A stretch of 64,000 nt of DNA from an uncultured Gemmatimonadales bacterium (GCA_963793305.1 CAWBZV010000003.1:1472001-1536000), one strand, 5' to 3'; counted from the stretch's first letter, positions 22,019-33,892 are shown. The notes: generated by a model not told the origin, from the letters alone. Program-made: numbers and translations.

Positions 22019-22627
22019 GTGCGTGCTGCCCTGTCTGCCGCGCTCCTGATCCTGGCCCCGCTCCCCCTGGCTGCGCAGGCACAGAAACCGAACGTCTTCT
22101 ACTTCGGTCGAGCCCGGGGCGAGGGCCCGGTGATCGGCCTCGAGACCCGATCCGGGAGCGTCCGCGACACCCTCGGCGTCCTCGTCGTCGGCGTGACCAC
22201 CGATGGTCCCGCGGACAAAGCAGGCATCGAGGAAGGCGATCGCATCGCCTCGGCCAACAGCGTCGACTTACGCCTGACGCCGGCCGACGCGAACGATACC
22301 GAGATGCGCGGCCTCATGTCGCGCCGCCTCGCCCGCGCCGTCCACAAGGTCAAAGCCGGCGACCCGGTCGACCTCCGCGTCTATCACGACGGGCAGTACA
22401 AAACGGTGAAGGTCACGACCGTCAAGGCATCCGATCTCACGATGGATGACGACGTCATGTTCGGCGGGGACATGGAGAACCTGCCTCAGATTCGCGCGGG
22501 GCGGATGCTCGAGGACATGCACCTCGATATGCCCAGGCTCGAGAGCGACCTACAAAAGATCAAATTGGAGATGCGTCCCCGTGCGAGACCGGTCGAGATC
22601 ATCGACAACGGCGTGCACCGGATCTAG
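22019..22627 (+). CDS. Secreted PDZ domain protein
   Basis: GGAGGT RBS at 22005-22010, signal peptide ending LAAQA, GVLVVGVTTDGPADKAGIEEGDRI. Confidence 0.85.
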   Translation: MRAALSAALLILAPLPLAAQAQKPNVFYFGRARGEGPVIGLETRSGSVRDTLGVLVVGVTTDGPADKAGIEEGDRIASANSVDLRLTPADANDTEMRGLMSRRLARAVHKVKAGDPVDLRVYHDGQYKTVKVTTVKASDLTMDDDVMFGGDMENLPQIRAGRMLEDMHLDMPRLESDLQKIKLEMRPRARPVEIIDNGVHRI

Positions 22628-22633
22628 ATCGCG

Positions 22634-23020
22634 CTACTTGGTGTCGTACTTCGCCTGCGACGCTTTATTGCGCGCTTGCATCCCGTCGAAGGTGCGCCGC
22701 TGATCGTCGGTCACGAGCAGCGCCCGGATGAGATCCGTGGCGTGATTGCTGACTGAATCGATCTGCGGCTGCACCGGCTTGACGAGCGTCGCAATCTGCC
22801 GGTGCTTCGCATTGAGGATCGAATCGACGGCCGACCGCTGCTCGCCATTGAGCGCGAGCTCGTCGCCGAACACCCGCCGCATGGCCCCGACGTTGCCCCA
22901 CCGGATGCACCGGTCTCTCGCGACGAAACGATCCGCCGTGAACCCAAGCACGCCGCCGACGAGCGTCGCGCCGAGGAGGAAGGCAAACGCCTGCCGGGAG
23001 CGGTTAGTACCCGTAGACAT
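22634..23020 (-). CDS. Spy/CpxP-like periplasmic helical protein
   Basis: N-terminal TM helix, LALNGEQR and LVTDDQRRTFD (LTxxQ-like motifs); third gene of an ECF triad. Confidence 0.7.
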   Translation of the reverse strand: MSTGTNRSRQAFAFLLGATLVGGVLGFTADRFVARDRCIRWGNVGAMRRVFGDELALNGEQRSAVDSILNAKHRQIATLVKPVQPQIDSVSNHATDLIRALLVTDDQRRTFDGMQARNKASQAKYDTK

Positions 23021-23351
23021 AGCGAAGGGTGGCGTCGTGCACCGTCCCGTCCACGATCCGCTCCCGAAGCTGCACCGGCAGCGACGGCCGCGACTCGACG
23101 ACCGTCTCGTACGCCAACTGCCGCTCGGTCACGCGCTCCCGCCACGCCGTGATGCCGAGTGCAATGAGCGCCACGGCCGCCGCGGCCAACCACGTGCGCC
23201 CCCATGTGCGGAACGCCAGCGACCAGTCGTCTTCGCTGCTCACGCGCGCCATGATCTTCGCCTCGAGCCCCGCCCAATACCCGGGATCACTCGGCCCCGC
23301 ATACTCGGCCTTGAGCGCGCGCAGGATTCGCCGATCGAGGATCTGCCTCAT
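23004..23351 (-). CDS. Putative membrane-anchored anti-sigma factor
   Basis: Coupled to the sigma gene; PGYWAGLEAKIMARV followed by a single TM helix. Confidence 0.65.
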   Translation of the reverse strand: MRQILDRRILRALKAEYAGPSDPGYWAGLEAKIMARVSSEDDWSLAFRTWGRTWLAAAAVALIALGITAWRERVTERQLAYETVVESRPSLPVQLRERIVDGTVHDATLRYVYGY

Positions 23352-23893
23352 GCTGCCGTCCAGAGACTCAAGAGTACCGTGCGCAGCGCCCGCCTCGCGT
23401 GATGGAGGTCCGAGCGTGCCGTCCCCTCGGGGATGCCGAGGAGCAACCCGATCTCCCCATGCCGGAAGCCTTCCACGTCATGCAGGAGGATGACGGATCG
23501 TTGGCGCGGTGTAAGCTGCGACAGAGCCGATCTGAGGCGAGCGCGCAAATCGGCGGTCTCCCCAGGATCGCGGAACTGCGACGCCAGACTCTCCGTCAGC
23601 TCGTCCGCGTCTCGCACCTTGCGGCGGCGCGTAATATCGAGCGCCGCATTGGCTACTATACGGTGCAACCAGGCCCCAAACGCCTGATCTGGTCTGAAAC
23701 GATCCAGCGCACGATACGCGTGCAGAAATCCCTCTTGCACCGCATCTTCGGCATCCTCGTGAGTAGAAACGACGGATCGAGCGACCGCATACGCGCGCCG
23801 CTGGTGCGCGCGAACCAGCGCCCCGAACGCAGCGGTATCACCGCTTTGCGCCGCCCGAATGAGCGCCCCTTCATCCCATGGGATCGACATCAT
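23348..23893 (-). CDS. ECF RNA polymerase sigma-70 factor
   Basis: GDTAAFGALV, DAEDAVQEGF, WLHRIVAN, EIGLLLGIPEGTARSDLHHAR; alternative start at 23953. Confidence 0.92.
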   Translation of the reverse strand: MMSIPWDEGALIRAAQSGDTAAFGALVRAHQRRAYAVARSVVSTHEDAEDAVQEGFLHAYRALDRFRPDQAFGAWLHRIVANAALDITRRRKVRDADELTESLASQFRDPGETADLRARLRSALSQLTPRQRSVILLHDVEGFRHGEIGLLLGIPEGTARSDLHHARRALRTVLLSLWTAA

Positions 23894-23980
23894 GGTCTCT
23901 GATACGATAACGCGTTGAGACGAGGGAGCGTTGGCCGAAACGTGGGACGTCATCTCGTCGTCCTTCGTTACAGGAGCAAT

Positions 23981-26900
23981 ATGGTCGATTTCCGTCCCGT
24001 CCGCTCGGGCCTCCTCCGCGTAGTTACCGCGGGACTCGTGGTCCAGACGCTGGCGACGTGTGACGCACTCACGGCGCCAAAGACGGATGCTGTCTCTATA
24101 ACTTGGGTCGGCGACACGACCGTCACCGCTGGCCTCACGGTTCCGCTCTCCGTCGCCGTGACGGTCGGCGGAAACGCCTACAACAACCCACGGTTCGCCG
24201 TCTCCTCGTCCGACACGACCATCGTCCGCATCACGGGTGCGGACTCCCTCAAGGCCGTCCAACTGGGCAGCGTGACCGTCACGGTCCAGCTCGTCAACGT
24301 GATCCTGACCGGAAACGCGCCGGTTCTCAAGCAGACACTGGTCGTCGCCCCCCAGTCCGTGAAGTTCTCCCGGACCGCCGACACCCTCCACTCGCTCGGC
24401 GAGACGTTCACGCCGTCCATCACGGCGCTCGACGCGAAAGGCGACTCGATCCCCGGCGTTTCGTACACCTGGAAGTCATCGGACACGACCATCTTCAAGG
24501 TCTCGAACCGCGGTCAGATCACCACGGTTGCCAACGGGCAAGGCGTGCTGCGGGCGATAGCGGAAGGCGACACGGCGTCGCTCGGCGTCACCGTCAAGCA
24601 ACTGCTCGTGCACTTCGCGATCACGCCGCCGCTCGAGGTGACGCTCAACGCGATCAATGCCGACACCACGCTGGTCGCCGCGGGGCGCGACTCGCTCGGA
24701 TCGCCGATCATCGGGCCGGGCGGCACGCCGCTCTGGGTCGTGCAGTCCGCGAATGTCGTCTCGATCAATCAAAGCGGGCAGCTCACGGCCATCGCCAACG
24801 GCACGGCGTACGTGTACGCCACGCATGGGCTGGCGCGCGACAGCATCCAAGCCAACGTCATCCAGCAAGCGACGCGTCTGCTCGTGACCGCGCCGAGGGG
24901 TTTCTCGATCGCAGCGGTGGGGGGCGTGGACACACTGAGCGTTGCCGCGTTCGATCGACTCAACAATCCCGTCACGAACGACCAAGCGACGCTCGTCTCG
25001 CTGGACCCCGCGATCGCGCAAGTCCAAACGGCGACGCGCGTCGTCAGCGGCCTCGGCACCGGCATCGCGCGGATCGTGGCGACGCTCGACGGCGTCGCGG
25101 ACACGGTCCAGGTGACGGTCAATAACACGCCGGCGAGGCTCGTCCTCAACGTCGACACGATCACCATTGGAGCGGTTGGCGACACGATCCAACTCACCGC
25201 GACGATCTACAACGGCGCAAACCAGGTGATTCAGGGCCTCAACGCGTTCTGGTATACGACCGACTCGACGGTCGTGACGGTCCTGCAGAACGGCCGCGTC
25301 ATCGCCCTCAAGACCGGCGGTTGCCGCGTGATCGCGGTGTTCAACAGCATCTCGGACACGGCGGTCGTCGGCGTCACCAATGGCGCGACCACCCTCACGA
25401 TTCTGAATCGCAACGACACGCTGCCTTCGATCGGCGACACGATGACCATCCCCGTGCAGATCCTGAACGCCCGGGGGCAGTCACTGCCGGCCAGCGCCGC
25501 GACCTGGAGCAGCAACGACCCGACGATCGCGACGGTGACCTCGAACGCGCTGCTCACCTCCGTCGCCGTCGGCAAGACGGTCATCCACGCCGTCGCCGGC
25601 GTCCTCCGCGATTCGGCCATCGTCGTCGTCACGAACAATCCCACGACGATCGTGCTCAACTCGACGTTGGACACGATGACGGCCCGCGGGCAGTTGCTCC
25701 AGTACACGGCACAGCTCACCAATGGCGCGGGCAATCCGATCATGGGCGCGCCGATCACGTGGAGCTCGAGCAACGCCGGTGTCGCGACGGTGAACGCGAA
25801 TGGCGTCGTCACCGCGCTCACCAACGGAACCACGACGATCACCGCCACGTCCGGGTCGGTCCACGCCAACGCGACGGTCGTCGTGCGCAGCCCGGGAACG
25901 CTCATCGTCGATAACAGCACGCTCGACACGTCGTACTTCGGGACGGGCAAGGCGCCCTATCTTCGCATCGGCGATGGCGTGAACGCCGCGGTGCCGGGCG
26001 ACACGGTCTTCGTGCGCGTCGGCGCGCACCCGTACAGCGAAGAAGTCGTCGTCAACAAGGCGATCATCCTGGTCGGCGACCCCACGGCCTACCTGGCGAA
26101 CGGACGCGACCCGACGAAGCTGCCGCTCCTTTCGCACGACACCGGCACCGCGGGCATTCTGGCCACGAGCCCGGCGCGCGTGGTCATTCGGACGCTGGCG
26201 ATACGCCACACGCTCGACGGACCGGCGATCAACACGAGCACGGCGGCCATCCAGATCAACCAGGTCTACGTCAACCCATCCGGCGACCCGTTCAACGCCG
26301 GCCGCGGCATCCTGATCCAGTCGACGAGCTCCGCGACGATCGATACCAGTGGCGTGAACGCCGTCCACGGCTACGGCGTCACGTTCCGAAACGTGACGAC
26401 GGGGCGCGTGAGCACGACGAACATCGCGGGCGTCACGGCGTCGACCGGCGCCGACAGCACATACGGCGCCGGCATCGCGGTCATCGGCGGCACGGGGAAC
26501 TCGGTTACCAGTGACTACGTCCGCCTCGCCGCCGGCCCGGAGATCTTCATCGATTCGAGCACGTCGGCCACGGTCGCGGCCAATAACGTCGCCGGCGAAG
26601 AGCAACTCATGCGCGTGCTCTTCTCCACCGGTGCGCAGATCACCGGGAACGCGTTCGACACGCGACTGGCATCTGGCGAGACATTCACGGGGAACTCCCA
26701 GTCGGACGGTCGCTCAGGCTTGGAGCTCAACCAGGCGTCCGGGGCGAGCGTGACGATCAACACGTTCTTCGACAACACCGCGAGCCAGATGGATCACATA
26801 CGGATCATTGGCACGCGCTCGCCGATCTCGCTCAGCCGCAATGAGTTTCAGGGCGGCCGCTGGAACGTCCGCAGCGAGAACGTCCGATTGGAACATGTCG

Positions 26901-27926
26901 TTCTCGCACACGATCAACAGTGTCGCGTCCGTGGCCCTCACCAACGCCGACACCGTCACGCTCACGGGCGATACCCTGACGACCGCGTACGGGAACTGCG
27001 TCCAATTCACGGGAACCGCGGGCTATCTGACGGTGTCCTCAGGCATGTTCGTCGACTGCTCGCCCGCCAGAAGTGGCGCGCCGGCCATCGCCATGACCTC
27101 GGTCGAGGGGTCGGTCTCGGTGACGGGCGTCACGTTCATCGGCGACTGGGCGCGGGCGGTTGACGTGAAACAGGGTCACAACGTCTCTCTCCGTGGCAAC
27201 ACGGCGCTCTTGAGCACCACGACGTCGGTATACCCGGGCAGCATCAATGGCGGCGTATTCGATCTGGCAGCCGACTCGTCTACCGTAGTGGGGAACACCA
27301 TCGAAGGGCTCAACGCTTTCACGGGCGTGTTCGTCGATCAAGGGCTGACCAGGGTCGACAGCAACGCGCTGACCGAGAACGGCCTCGGGCTCGCGGTGGG
27401 GAACGTGGCCAGTTTCGAGGGCAGTGGAAACGATATTTTTGACAATGACACGGCGGGCATCGTCGACAACACGGCGTCGCTGGTGAACGCGACGAATAAT
27501 TTCTGGGGGGATTCGCTGGGGCCGCGGCTGTCGACCAATCCGCAGGCGTCCGGCGATAGTGTCGTTGGCACGGTCACGTTCATTCCCTTTAACTCGCTCC
27601 CGACGTACGCCGGCGGGCGGTTGGCCGCCATGCGCGGCGTGTGGGGGTATGGCCAAACGGCGACCGCGGGGACAACGTTGCCTGAGCCATTCAACGTCCG
27701 CGTGGTCGATGGGAATGGGAGGCCGGTCTCGAATGTGCAGGTTACGTTCCAGGTGACAACCGGTACCGGAACGCTCAATGGCTCCGGGAGCACCGTGATG
27801 GTCACGACGGGCCATGACGGGCTCGCGCGAGCGACGCTCACGCTGGGCGCGAGTCCGGGTGGCAACGCGGTCACGGCCAGCGTGCCGGGACTGGGCTCCG
27901 TCGTCTTTACGGCCACGGGTCAGTGA
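23981..27926 (+). CDS. Large surface lipoprotein: multiple Big_2-like Ig repeats, right-handed beta-helix and C-terminal Big_1-like domain; +1 frameshift near 26879-26880
   Basis: AGGAG RBS, LATC lipobox-like motif, repeated W-x-S-S-(D/N)...G-x-(I/V)-T-A repeats, beta-helix cap PYLRIGDGVNAAVPGDTVFV, NNFWG, VVDGNGRPVSNVQVTF. Confidence 0.85.
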
Positions 27927-29599
27927 TCACCTGTCCTGGATGTGAGACCCCGAACGCGGCCGACGCTCGCTTCTGCGAGCGCTGCGGCGCCGCGCTCGCC
28001 GGTCCGTCTGATACCACGCAGCTCATCGATCCAGCCGAAGCGTCGCTCGTGACCTCGGGCGACCCGGTGCCGGTCGACGATGGGGCGCGCCAAGCGCTGC
28101 TCGACCTCGCGCGCCGTGAGTTGGCCGAAGACTATGATGTCCAGAAAGAGATCGGCCGCGGCGGCATGGCCGTGGTCTACCGCGCCAACGAACGCGACCT
28201 CCGCCGCTCCGTCGCCCTCAAGGTTCTCCCGCCCGGCCTCGCGCTCGGCGCCTCGGTCGTCGAGCGGTTCAAGCGCGAGGCCCAGATGGCCGCCTCGCTC
28301 GACCACCCGAACATCATCCCGATCTACCGCGTCGGCCAGACGGCCTCAATGCTGTATCTGGCGATGCGCTATGTCGAAGGACGCCCGCTCGACGGCGTTA
28401 TCGCTCAACAAGGCGCGCTGGCGATCCCCGCGGTCGTCGCGGTCCTGCGCTCCGCGGTCGCGGCGCTGGCCTACGCGCACGAGCACGGGATCGTGCACCG
28501 GGATATCAAGGGCGCGAACATCTTGATCGATACGTCGGGGCGCGTGATCGTGACCGACTTCGGCGTCGCGCGCGCCATCGAGAATGCGTCGATGACGACG
28601 ACCGGGTCGGTCATCGGTACGCCGTACTTCATGAGCCCCGAGGCATGCGCGGGCAAGGTCGCCGGTCCGCAGAGCGACCAGTACTCGCTCGGCGTGGTCG
28701 TGTTTCGAATGCTGACCGGCGCGGTGCCGTTCCACGCGGACACGCTGGCGGCGATCATGAATCACCACTTGATCACGCCCGTCCCCGACATCACCGGCGT
28801 CCGCAAGGACGTGCCGGCCCCGCTCGTCGCCGTGCTCAAGCGCATGCTCATGAAAGATCCGGCGCAGCGCTACGGCACGACGCGCGAACTGCTCGTGGCC
28901 GTGGACGCGATCCCGCTCACCGAGATGGAGCGCGCCGAGGGCGACGCCGCGCTGCGCGAGCTGGCGCAGGGCAGCTCCGTCGACTCGATCGCGACGCAAA
29001 AGCTGCCGCCGTTGGCGGACACCATGGGGATCGTGGCCGCGCACGATGCGCTCTTGCGGTCGACCGAGCGCGCCCGCCGCAATCGCCGGCGCCGCTACAT
29101 TGTCGCCGCCGCGACCGTCGTCGTGTTGGTGTTGTACATGGCCCTTCGCAATCGCGCCAACGCCGTCCCTCGTGGGCAGCCCTCACTGCCGCCGGTAACG
29201 GTCGCCACGACTCCACAGGTCACGCCCACGCCGCCGCCAGCGATCACGCAGCCCGCCGCGACCAAGCCCGCGCCGAGCGCCGCCGACGATGCGCAATCGC
29301 GCCGTGCGCGGGCAGCGCGCCGGCGGGCCGATTCCATTGCGGCGGCGGCCGTCGCACCAGTCGATACGACGCCGGGCAAGATGCGCATCCGCGTCCTCCC
29401 GCTCGACGCCGTCCTCTACCTCGATGGCCGCGAGCTCGGCACCGGCGTTGTCATTGACGCGCCGATCCCGCCGGGTCATCGCACGCTGCGCGTCGTCGGT
29501 CAGGGCTACCAGGAGTTCGACACGGTGCTCACCGTCGTCCCGGGCCAGACGATCAACCTGGGCACGATCACGCTGAAGGACGCGGGTTCTAAACCGTGA
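27923..29599 (+). CDS. Hanks-type Ser/Thr protein kinase with N-terminal zinc ribbon, TM helix and C-terminal PEGA-like domain
   Basis: CPGC...CERC, IGRGGMAVVY, VALK, HRDIKGAN, DFG, GTPYFMSPE; TM YIVAAATVVVLVLY. Confidence 0.93.
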   Translation: MITCPGCETPNAADARFCERCGAALAGPSDTTQLIDPAEASLVTSGDPVPVDDGARQALLDLARRELAEDYDVQKEIGRGGMAVVYRANERDLRRSVALKVLPPGLALGASVVERFKREAQMAASLDHPNIIPIYRVGQTASMLYLAMRYVEGRPLDGVIAQQGALAIPAVVAVLRSAVAALAYAHEHGIVHRDIKGANILIDTSGRVIVTDFGVARAIENASMTTTGSVIGTPYFMSPEACAGKVAGPQSDQYSLGVVVFRMLTGAVPFHADTLAAIMNHHLITPVPDITGVRKDVPAPLVAVLKRMLMKDPAQRYGTTRELLVAVDAIPLTEMERAEGDAALRELAQGSSVDSIATQKLPPLADTMGIVAAHDALLRSTERARRNRRRRYIVAAATVVVLVLYMALRNRANAVPRGQPSLPPVTVATTPQVTPTPPPAITQPAATKPAPSAADDAQSRRARAARRRADSIAAAAVAPVDTTPGKMRIRVLPLDAVLYLDGRELGTGVVIDAPIPPGHRTLRVVGQGYQEFDTVLTVVPGQTINLGTITLKDAGSKP

Positions 29600-30646
29600 G
29601 GCGCTTCGCCGCCTGCGCAGTCTTAGTCGCGCTCGCGACGCCCGCTCTGGTCCAGGCACAAGGCAACACCGACGAGACTCTCAAGAAAGCCGTTCAGCTC
29701 TACGAGGAGCTCCAGGTCGAGCGCGCGCTCGTCCTCCTCCGCCAGGTGATCTCACCGAGCTCCCCATTCGTGGTCTCGAGCGCCCAGCGCGTCGAGGCCT
29801 ACAAGTACTTGGGTGCCGCCCACGCGATCCTGGGCCAGTCCGACTCGGCCTCCGTCTACTTCCGCGCCGCCATCGAGCGCGATCCGTTCGTCGATCTCGA
29901 TGCCCAAGCCTTTACCACGGTCGAGCGCGCCGCCTTCGCCGAGGCGCGCCAACGGACCTTCGCGGTCGCCGTTCGCCCCATCGTCCGGACGCGCATCGAT
30001 CCGCGCACCGAGCGCATGACCTTCGTCCTGCTCTCGACGCACGCGTGCCTGCTACACGCCGAGCTCCGCGACGCGAAGGGAGTCGTCACGCCGATCTTCG
30101 AGTCGGAGAACGAGGGCGTGCGCGAGATCCAATGGGACGGCTTGCTCGCCGACGGCCACGTGGCGCCGGCCGGGCGCTATGAGCTCGTGATTCGTGGCCA
30201 GAGCCATCTCACCGACAACGTCGATTCGGCTCGCCTCTTTCTCGAACGTCGCGCTCGACCGCCCGCCGCTCGAAGACACGCTGCCATCACTCGGCGCCGC
30301 CGACCTGCTGCCCGAGCGCTATCCCGCCTCAGCCTCCAGCATTGAGCTCGCCAAGGGTCTCGGCATCGCCGTCACGGCGCTCGCCATCCCTCTAGCCGTC
30401 GGCGACAACCACATCGGCACCGGCGCCCGCGGTCTCGCCGGCGTCATGGCCGCCGGCGGAATCGCCGTCGGCGTCGGCGGCTTCGTCTGGCGGCGCCAGC
30501 ACAACGAGATCGCGGCAAATATCGCCGAGAACACCCGCCGCAAGGCCGAGCGCGACGCCAAGAATGGCGACATCGAGCGGCGAAACGAGCAACGCGTCGC
30601 CATCACTGCGCTGATCATCACCCCCGCCGCGGGCGTCGGGCCGTGA
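29596..30646 (+). CDS. Secreted TPR-like plus FlgD-type Ig domain protein with C-terminal hydrophobic hairpin; +1 frameshift at 30245-30246
   Basis: Signal peptide, EAYKYLGAAHAILG TPR-like helix, IQWDG...APAGRYEL; removing one A gives ARLFLDVALDRPPLED. Confidence 0.75.
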
Positions 30647-31416
30647 TGACCTGCACCCCGGCCAATCATGAACGCCGCAATCAAGCGAGGCGACGAGCGC
30701 GAACCCGACCGCTAGGTCGGCTCGACACGCAACCGCTGGCGCCGCAGGCGCCTTCCTCAGCGTCAACCGCGAGGAGGGTGTTCCTGGCGCTGGTACTGGT
30801 ATGCGCGCGGCCGGCGGTCGCCCTCGCGCAACTGCAGTGGACCGCGTCGGGCGTCGTGATGGTGGTGACCGACGAGGTGGAGTTCGGCGGACTCCCGAAC
30901 CAGCGGGTGACGGGCGTAGCCGTCGGCGCCGAGCTCGTCGCGGTCCCGCTCCGCATGACGGAATTCCGCGCCCAGATCTCGGCCGGCCACTTGAACAACG
31001 ACACGCCGGCGACCGACAGCCGTGGCTGGACGGACCTCCAACTCGGCGGCAGCGTCTTTGCGACGAACTGGCTGGCGTTCCAACTCGGCGCTGACGCCCG
31101 CGGCTACTCGACGACGATCGGCGATCAACGCTGGATCTCGCTCTCGGCGGGCGCCGAGGCACGCGCGCCGCTATTCGACAACGCGGCGCAAGCGATTTTC
31201 AGGGCGAGTTTTCTTCCGTTGGTCAGCGTCAGCAACCACACGAACCCGGACTTCGCCGTCTCGGCGGCCACCGGTCTGCGCTTCGAGCGCAAGAAGCTCC
31301 AGGGCGCCGTCCTCTTCTCACTCGAGCGCTACAGCTTCCCGAGCACGTCCTTGGGCGCGCACGCCGAGGAGGTAGCGATCCTGAGCCTCCAGCTCGGCGT
31401 GCGCTTCCCGCGTTAG
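30643..31416 (+). CDS. Putative outer-membrane beta-barrel protein (start possibly GTG 30778)
   Basis: Signal-like VFLALVLVCARPAVALAQ, alternating amphipathic strands, C-terminal LSLQLGVRF. Confidence 0.6.
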   Translation: MMTCTPANHERRNQARRRARTRPLGRLDTQPLAPQAPSSASTARRVFLALVLVCARPAVALAQLQWTASGVVMVVTDEVEFGGLPNQRVTGVAVGAELVAVPLRMTEFRAQISAGHLNNDTPATDSRGWTDLQLGGSVFATNWLAFQLGADARGYSTTIGDQRWISLSAGAEARAPLFDNAAQAIFRASFLPLVSVSNHTNPDFAVSAATGLRFERKKLQGAVLFSLERYSFPSTSLGAHAEEVAILSLQLGVRFPR

Positions 31417-32534
31417 CCCTTCGTCGTGACGTGAACCGTCACTGACATACCCGGACGCAGGGGACGATCGGGGCCGAGTCCCTGCGTAATGCGAATACGC
31501 ACGGGCACGCGCTGCACGACTTTCGTGAAGTTCCCAGTCGCGTTATCCGGCGGAAGGAGAGCGGTCTTCGCCCCCGTGGTACCAGCGAGACTCTCGACGA
31601 CACCGTGAGCCGTCGCGCCGCCGTACGCGTCGACGTCGAAGTCGACCGCTTGCCCCACGCGAATGTGGTCGAGCTGCGTCTCCTTGAAGTTCGCGGTCAC
31701 GAACGCCCCCGTATCGGTGACGAGCGCGAACAGCGACTGTCCGGGCTGGACGAGCTGCCCGGATTCGACGCTCTTATTCCGCACGACGCCGTTCGCCGGC
31801 GCCACGATCTTGGTGTAGAACAGCTGAAGCTGTGCATAATCGAGTGCGGCCTTCGCGGCCGCCAACCGTGCGTCCGCCAGCCGCACGCCCGCCTGGGCAT
31901 TCGACACGGTCGAAACGCCGGCCGCTGACTGCTTCTGCGCGGCGAGCCACGTCGCCTCGGCGGCATCCGAGGCCGCCTGCGCCCCGTCGAGCGCTTGGCG
32001 CGAGATGATTTGCTTGTCGGCGAGACTCTGGAACCGCCCCAGGTCAGACTTCGCTTTGTCGTAGTTTGCCTTCGCGGCCACGATCTCGGCGTCGCTCGCC
32101 GCACTCTGCTGCTGCGCCGTCTGCACGTTCGCCAACGCGCCACCGGTCACACCACGTGACCCGGACGCGGCCAGCGCGCCCGCGTAGTCGGCCTGCGCCT
32201 GCGCGATCCTCGCCTTGTACTCGGCGGTATCGATCAACACGGCGAGCGTGCCTTCGGTCAAATGCGCATTCTCTTCCATGTGCACGCCGTCGATATACCC
32301 GCCGACCTTTGCGAGCACGGGGATGATGTGACCGTCGACCTGCGCGTCATCGGTCGTCTCATGTGCGCGCGAGTAAGCGAACGCGCGCACGCCCCACACC
32401 AGGCCGATCACCGCCAAGACGGCGACCACCGGCAGCATGAGGTTGCGCTTCTTCTTCGGCGGAGCGGCAGGGGACGCCGACGGAGCCGTCTGAAGAGGTT
32501 CGACGCGAGGTTCGGGACGAGCAACAGTAGCCAT
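31413..32534 (-). CDS. HlyD/EmrA family membrane fusion protein
   Basis: TDDAQVDG, VTANFKETQL, LLPPDNATGNFTKVVQRVPVRI, LRPGMSV. Confidence 0.93.
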   Translation of the reverse strand: MATVARPEPRVEPLQTAPSASPAAPPKKKRNLMLPVVAVLAVIGLVWGVRAFAYSRAHETTDDAQVDGHIIPVLAKVGGYIDGVHMEENAHLTEGTLAVLIDTAEYKARIAQAQADYAGALAASGSRGVTGGALANVQTAQQQSAASDAEIVAAKANYDKAKSDLGRFQSLADKQIISRQALDGAQAASDAAEATWLAAQKQSAAGVSTVSNAQAGVRLADARLAAAKAALDYAQLQLFYTKIVAPANGVVRNKSVESGQLVQPGQSLFALVTDTGAFVTANFKETQLDHIRVGQAVDFDVDAYGGATAHGVVESLAGTTGAKTALLPPDNATGNFTKVVQRVPVRIRITQGLGPDRPLRPGMSVTVHVTTKG

Positions 32535-32551
32535 AATCCTGATGGTTCCAG

Positions 32552-33892
32552 TTAAGGAAGGTCTTGCACCGCACCGCTCGCGTTAGCGAGCGCCACGCGC
32601 GCACTTTGGTACTCTTGCAACGCATTGATCTCGGCCGTGCGCGCGCTATCGAGATCGAGCGATGCCGTGATGACGTCCGCATTGCCCGCGACGCCAGCCC
32701 GGAACCGCTCCCGCGCCTGATCGACTTCCTGCTGCGCCAACCGCAGCCGCTCTCTCGCCGCGTCGACTTGCTGTCGGGCTGACGCGAGATCGAGGTACGC
32801 CTGCCGCACTTGGATCGCGATCTTCTGCCGAAGGTCGCGCCGCCGCACCTCGATCTCGCGCACGGCCGCGTGCTGCTCCTCGAGGCGCGACTCGCGCCCG
32901 AGTCCGTCGAAGATCGGCATCGAGATCTGCAGCGCCCACGTATAGGTGCGCAGGAGATTCTCGTACCGCGTGCCGTCCGCGGCGTACGCGCCCGCTGCAC
33001 TGAAGCTCGGCAAGCGCTCGGCGCGAATCGCCGAGATCTCCCGCTCGGCGGCCATGAGCCGCAAATCGGCTGTCCTGAGATCCCGCCGGCGCTGAATCGC
33101 TTGCTCGACCGCCTGGGTCTCCGCCGGCAGCGTATCGACGACCGGCAACGTATTGAGCGAATCGCTCAGCGTGAGGCGCGCCGACAGCGGCAACCCCAAC
33201 GCGCGCAAAAGATCGAGCTGCGCGCGATCAAAATCGTTCCGCGCTTGAATGAGCTGCGCGCGCACCGTGGCCAGCTGCGATTGCGCCCGGGTAACGTCGA
33301 GCGCGATCCCGACGCCGGCGCGCAACTGGTCCTGCGCAATGCCGAGCAGATCCGCGGCCAGCACCGAGTCGGCGAACCGTGCGCCGACAAGGGCCTCGGT
33401 TGTCTGCGTGCGCAGGTACGTATCGGCGGCGACGTTCGCGGCCGAGTCGGCCTGATCCGACGCGTCCGCCTCGGCGGCTTTCTCGCTCGCCTGACTCGCC
33501 CGGATACGCGCGATGGCGCCAAAGCTGAACAGCGTATCAGCCGCGACCGCCTCGTACGTGATATCGTGCGCCGGCCCCACGATCACGCCCGTGGGCGGGA
33601 ACAGGTTCTTGCCGTTGAGCGCGAAGTTGAAGCCGAAGAGCGGGGCGGTATTGTACGTCCGCTCGCTCTGCGGCGTGCCGCGGCCCGCAATGTACGGGAG
33701 CAGCGCGGCGCGCGACTCGCCGATGCGGGCGCGCGCCTGCTGCGTGCGCTGGTCGGCCGCCAACGGCCCGGCGTTGTGCCGCGCCGCGAGACGAGCCGCG
33801 GCGCCCAATGTCAGCGGTGGAATGGCTGTCGTATCCTGCGCCCGCACAGCCGGTCCAACCATCAGGATCGCAAGGAGAGCTAGTCGTCGCAT
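32552..33892 (-). CDS. TolC family outer-membrane efflux protein
   Basis: Signal peptide from ATG 33892, [34 protein letters not shown]. Confidence 0.9.
   Translation of the reverse strand: MRRLALLAILMVGPAVRAQDTTAIPPLTLGAAARLAARHNAGPLAADQRTQQARARIGESRAALLPYIAGRGTPQSERTYNTAPLFGFNFALNGKNLFPPTGVIVGPAHDITYEAVAADTLFSFGAIARIRASQASEKAAEADASDQADSAANVAADTYLRTQTTEALVGARFADSVLAADLLGIAQDQLRAGVGIALDVTRAQSQLATVRAQLIQARNDFDRAQLDLLRALGLPLSARLTLSDSLNTLPVVDTLPAETQAVEQAIQRRRDLRTADLRLMAAEREISAIRAERLPSFSAAGAYAADGTRYENLLRTYTWALQISMPIFDGLGRESRLEEQHAAVREIEVRRRDLRQKIAIQVRQAYLDLASARQQVDAARERLRLAQQEVDQARERFRAGVAGNADVITASLDLDSARTAEINALQEYQSARVALANASGAVQDLP

Noticed and set aside
24100..25900. Repetitive region considered as a CRISPR array or DNA repeat
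   Set aside because: Repeats are degenerate protein-level Ig domains; there are no identical DNA repeats with spacers and no cas genes
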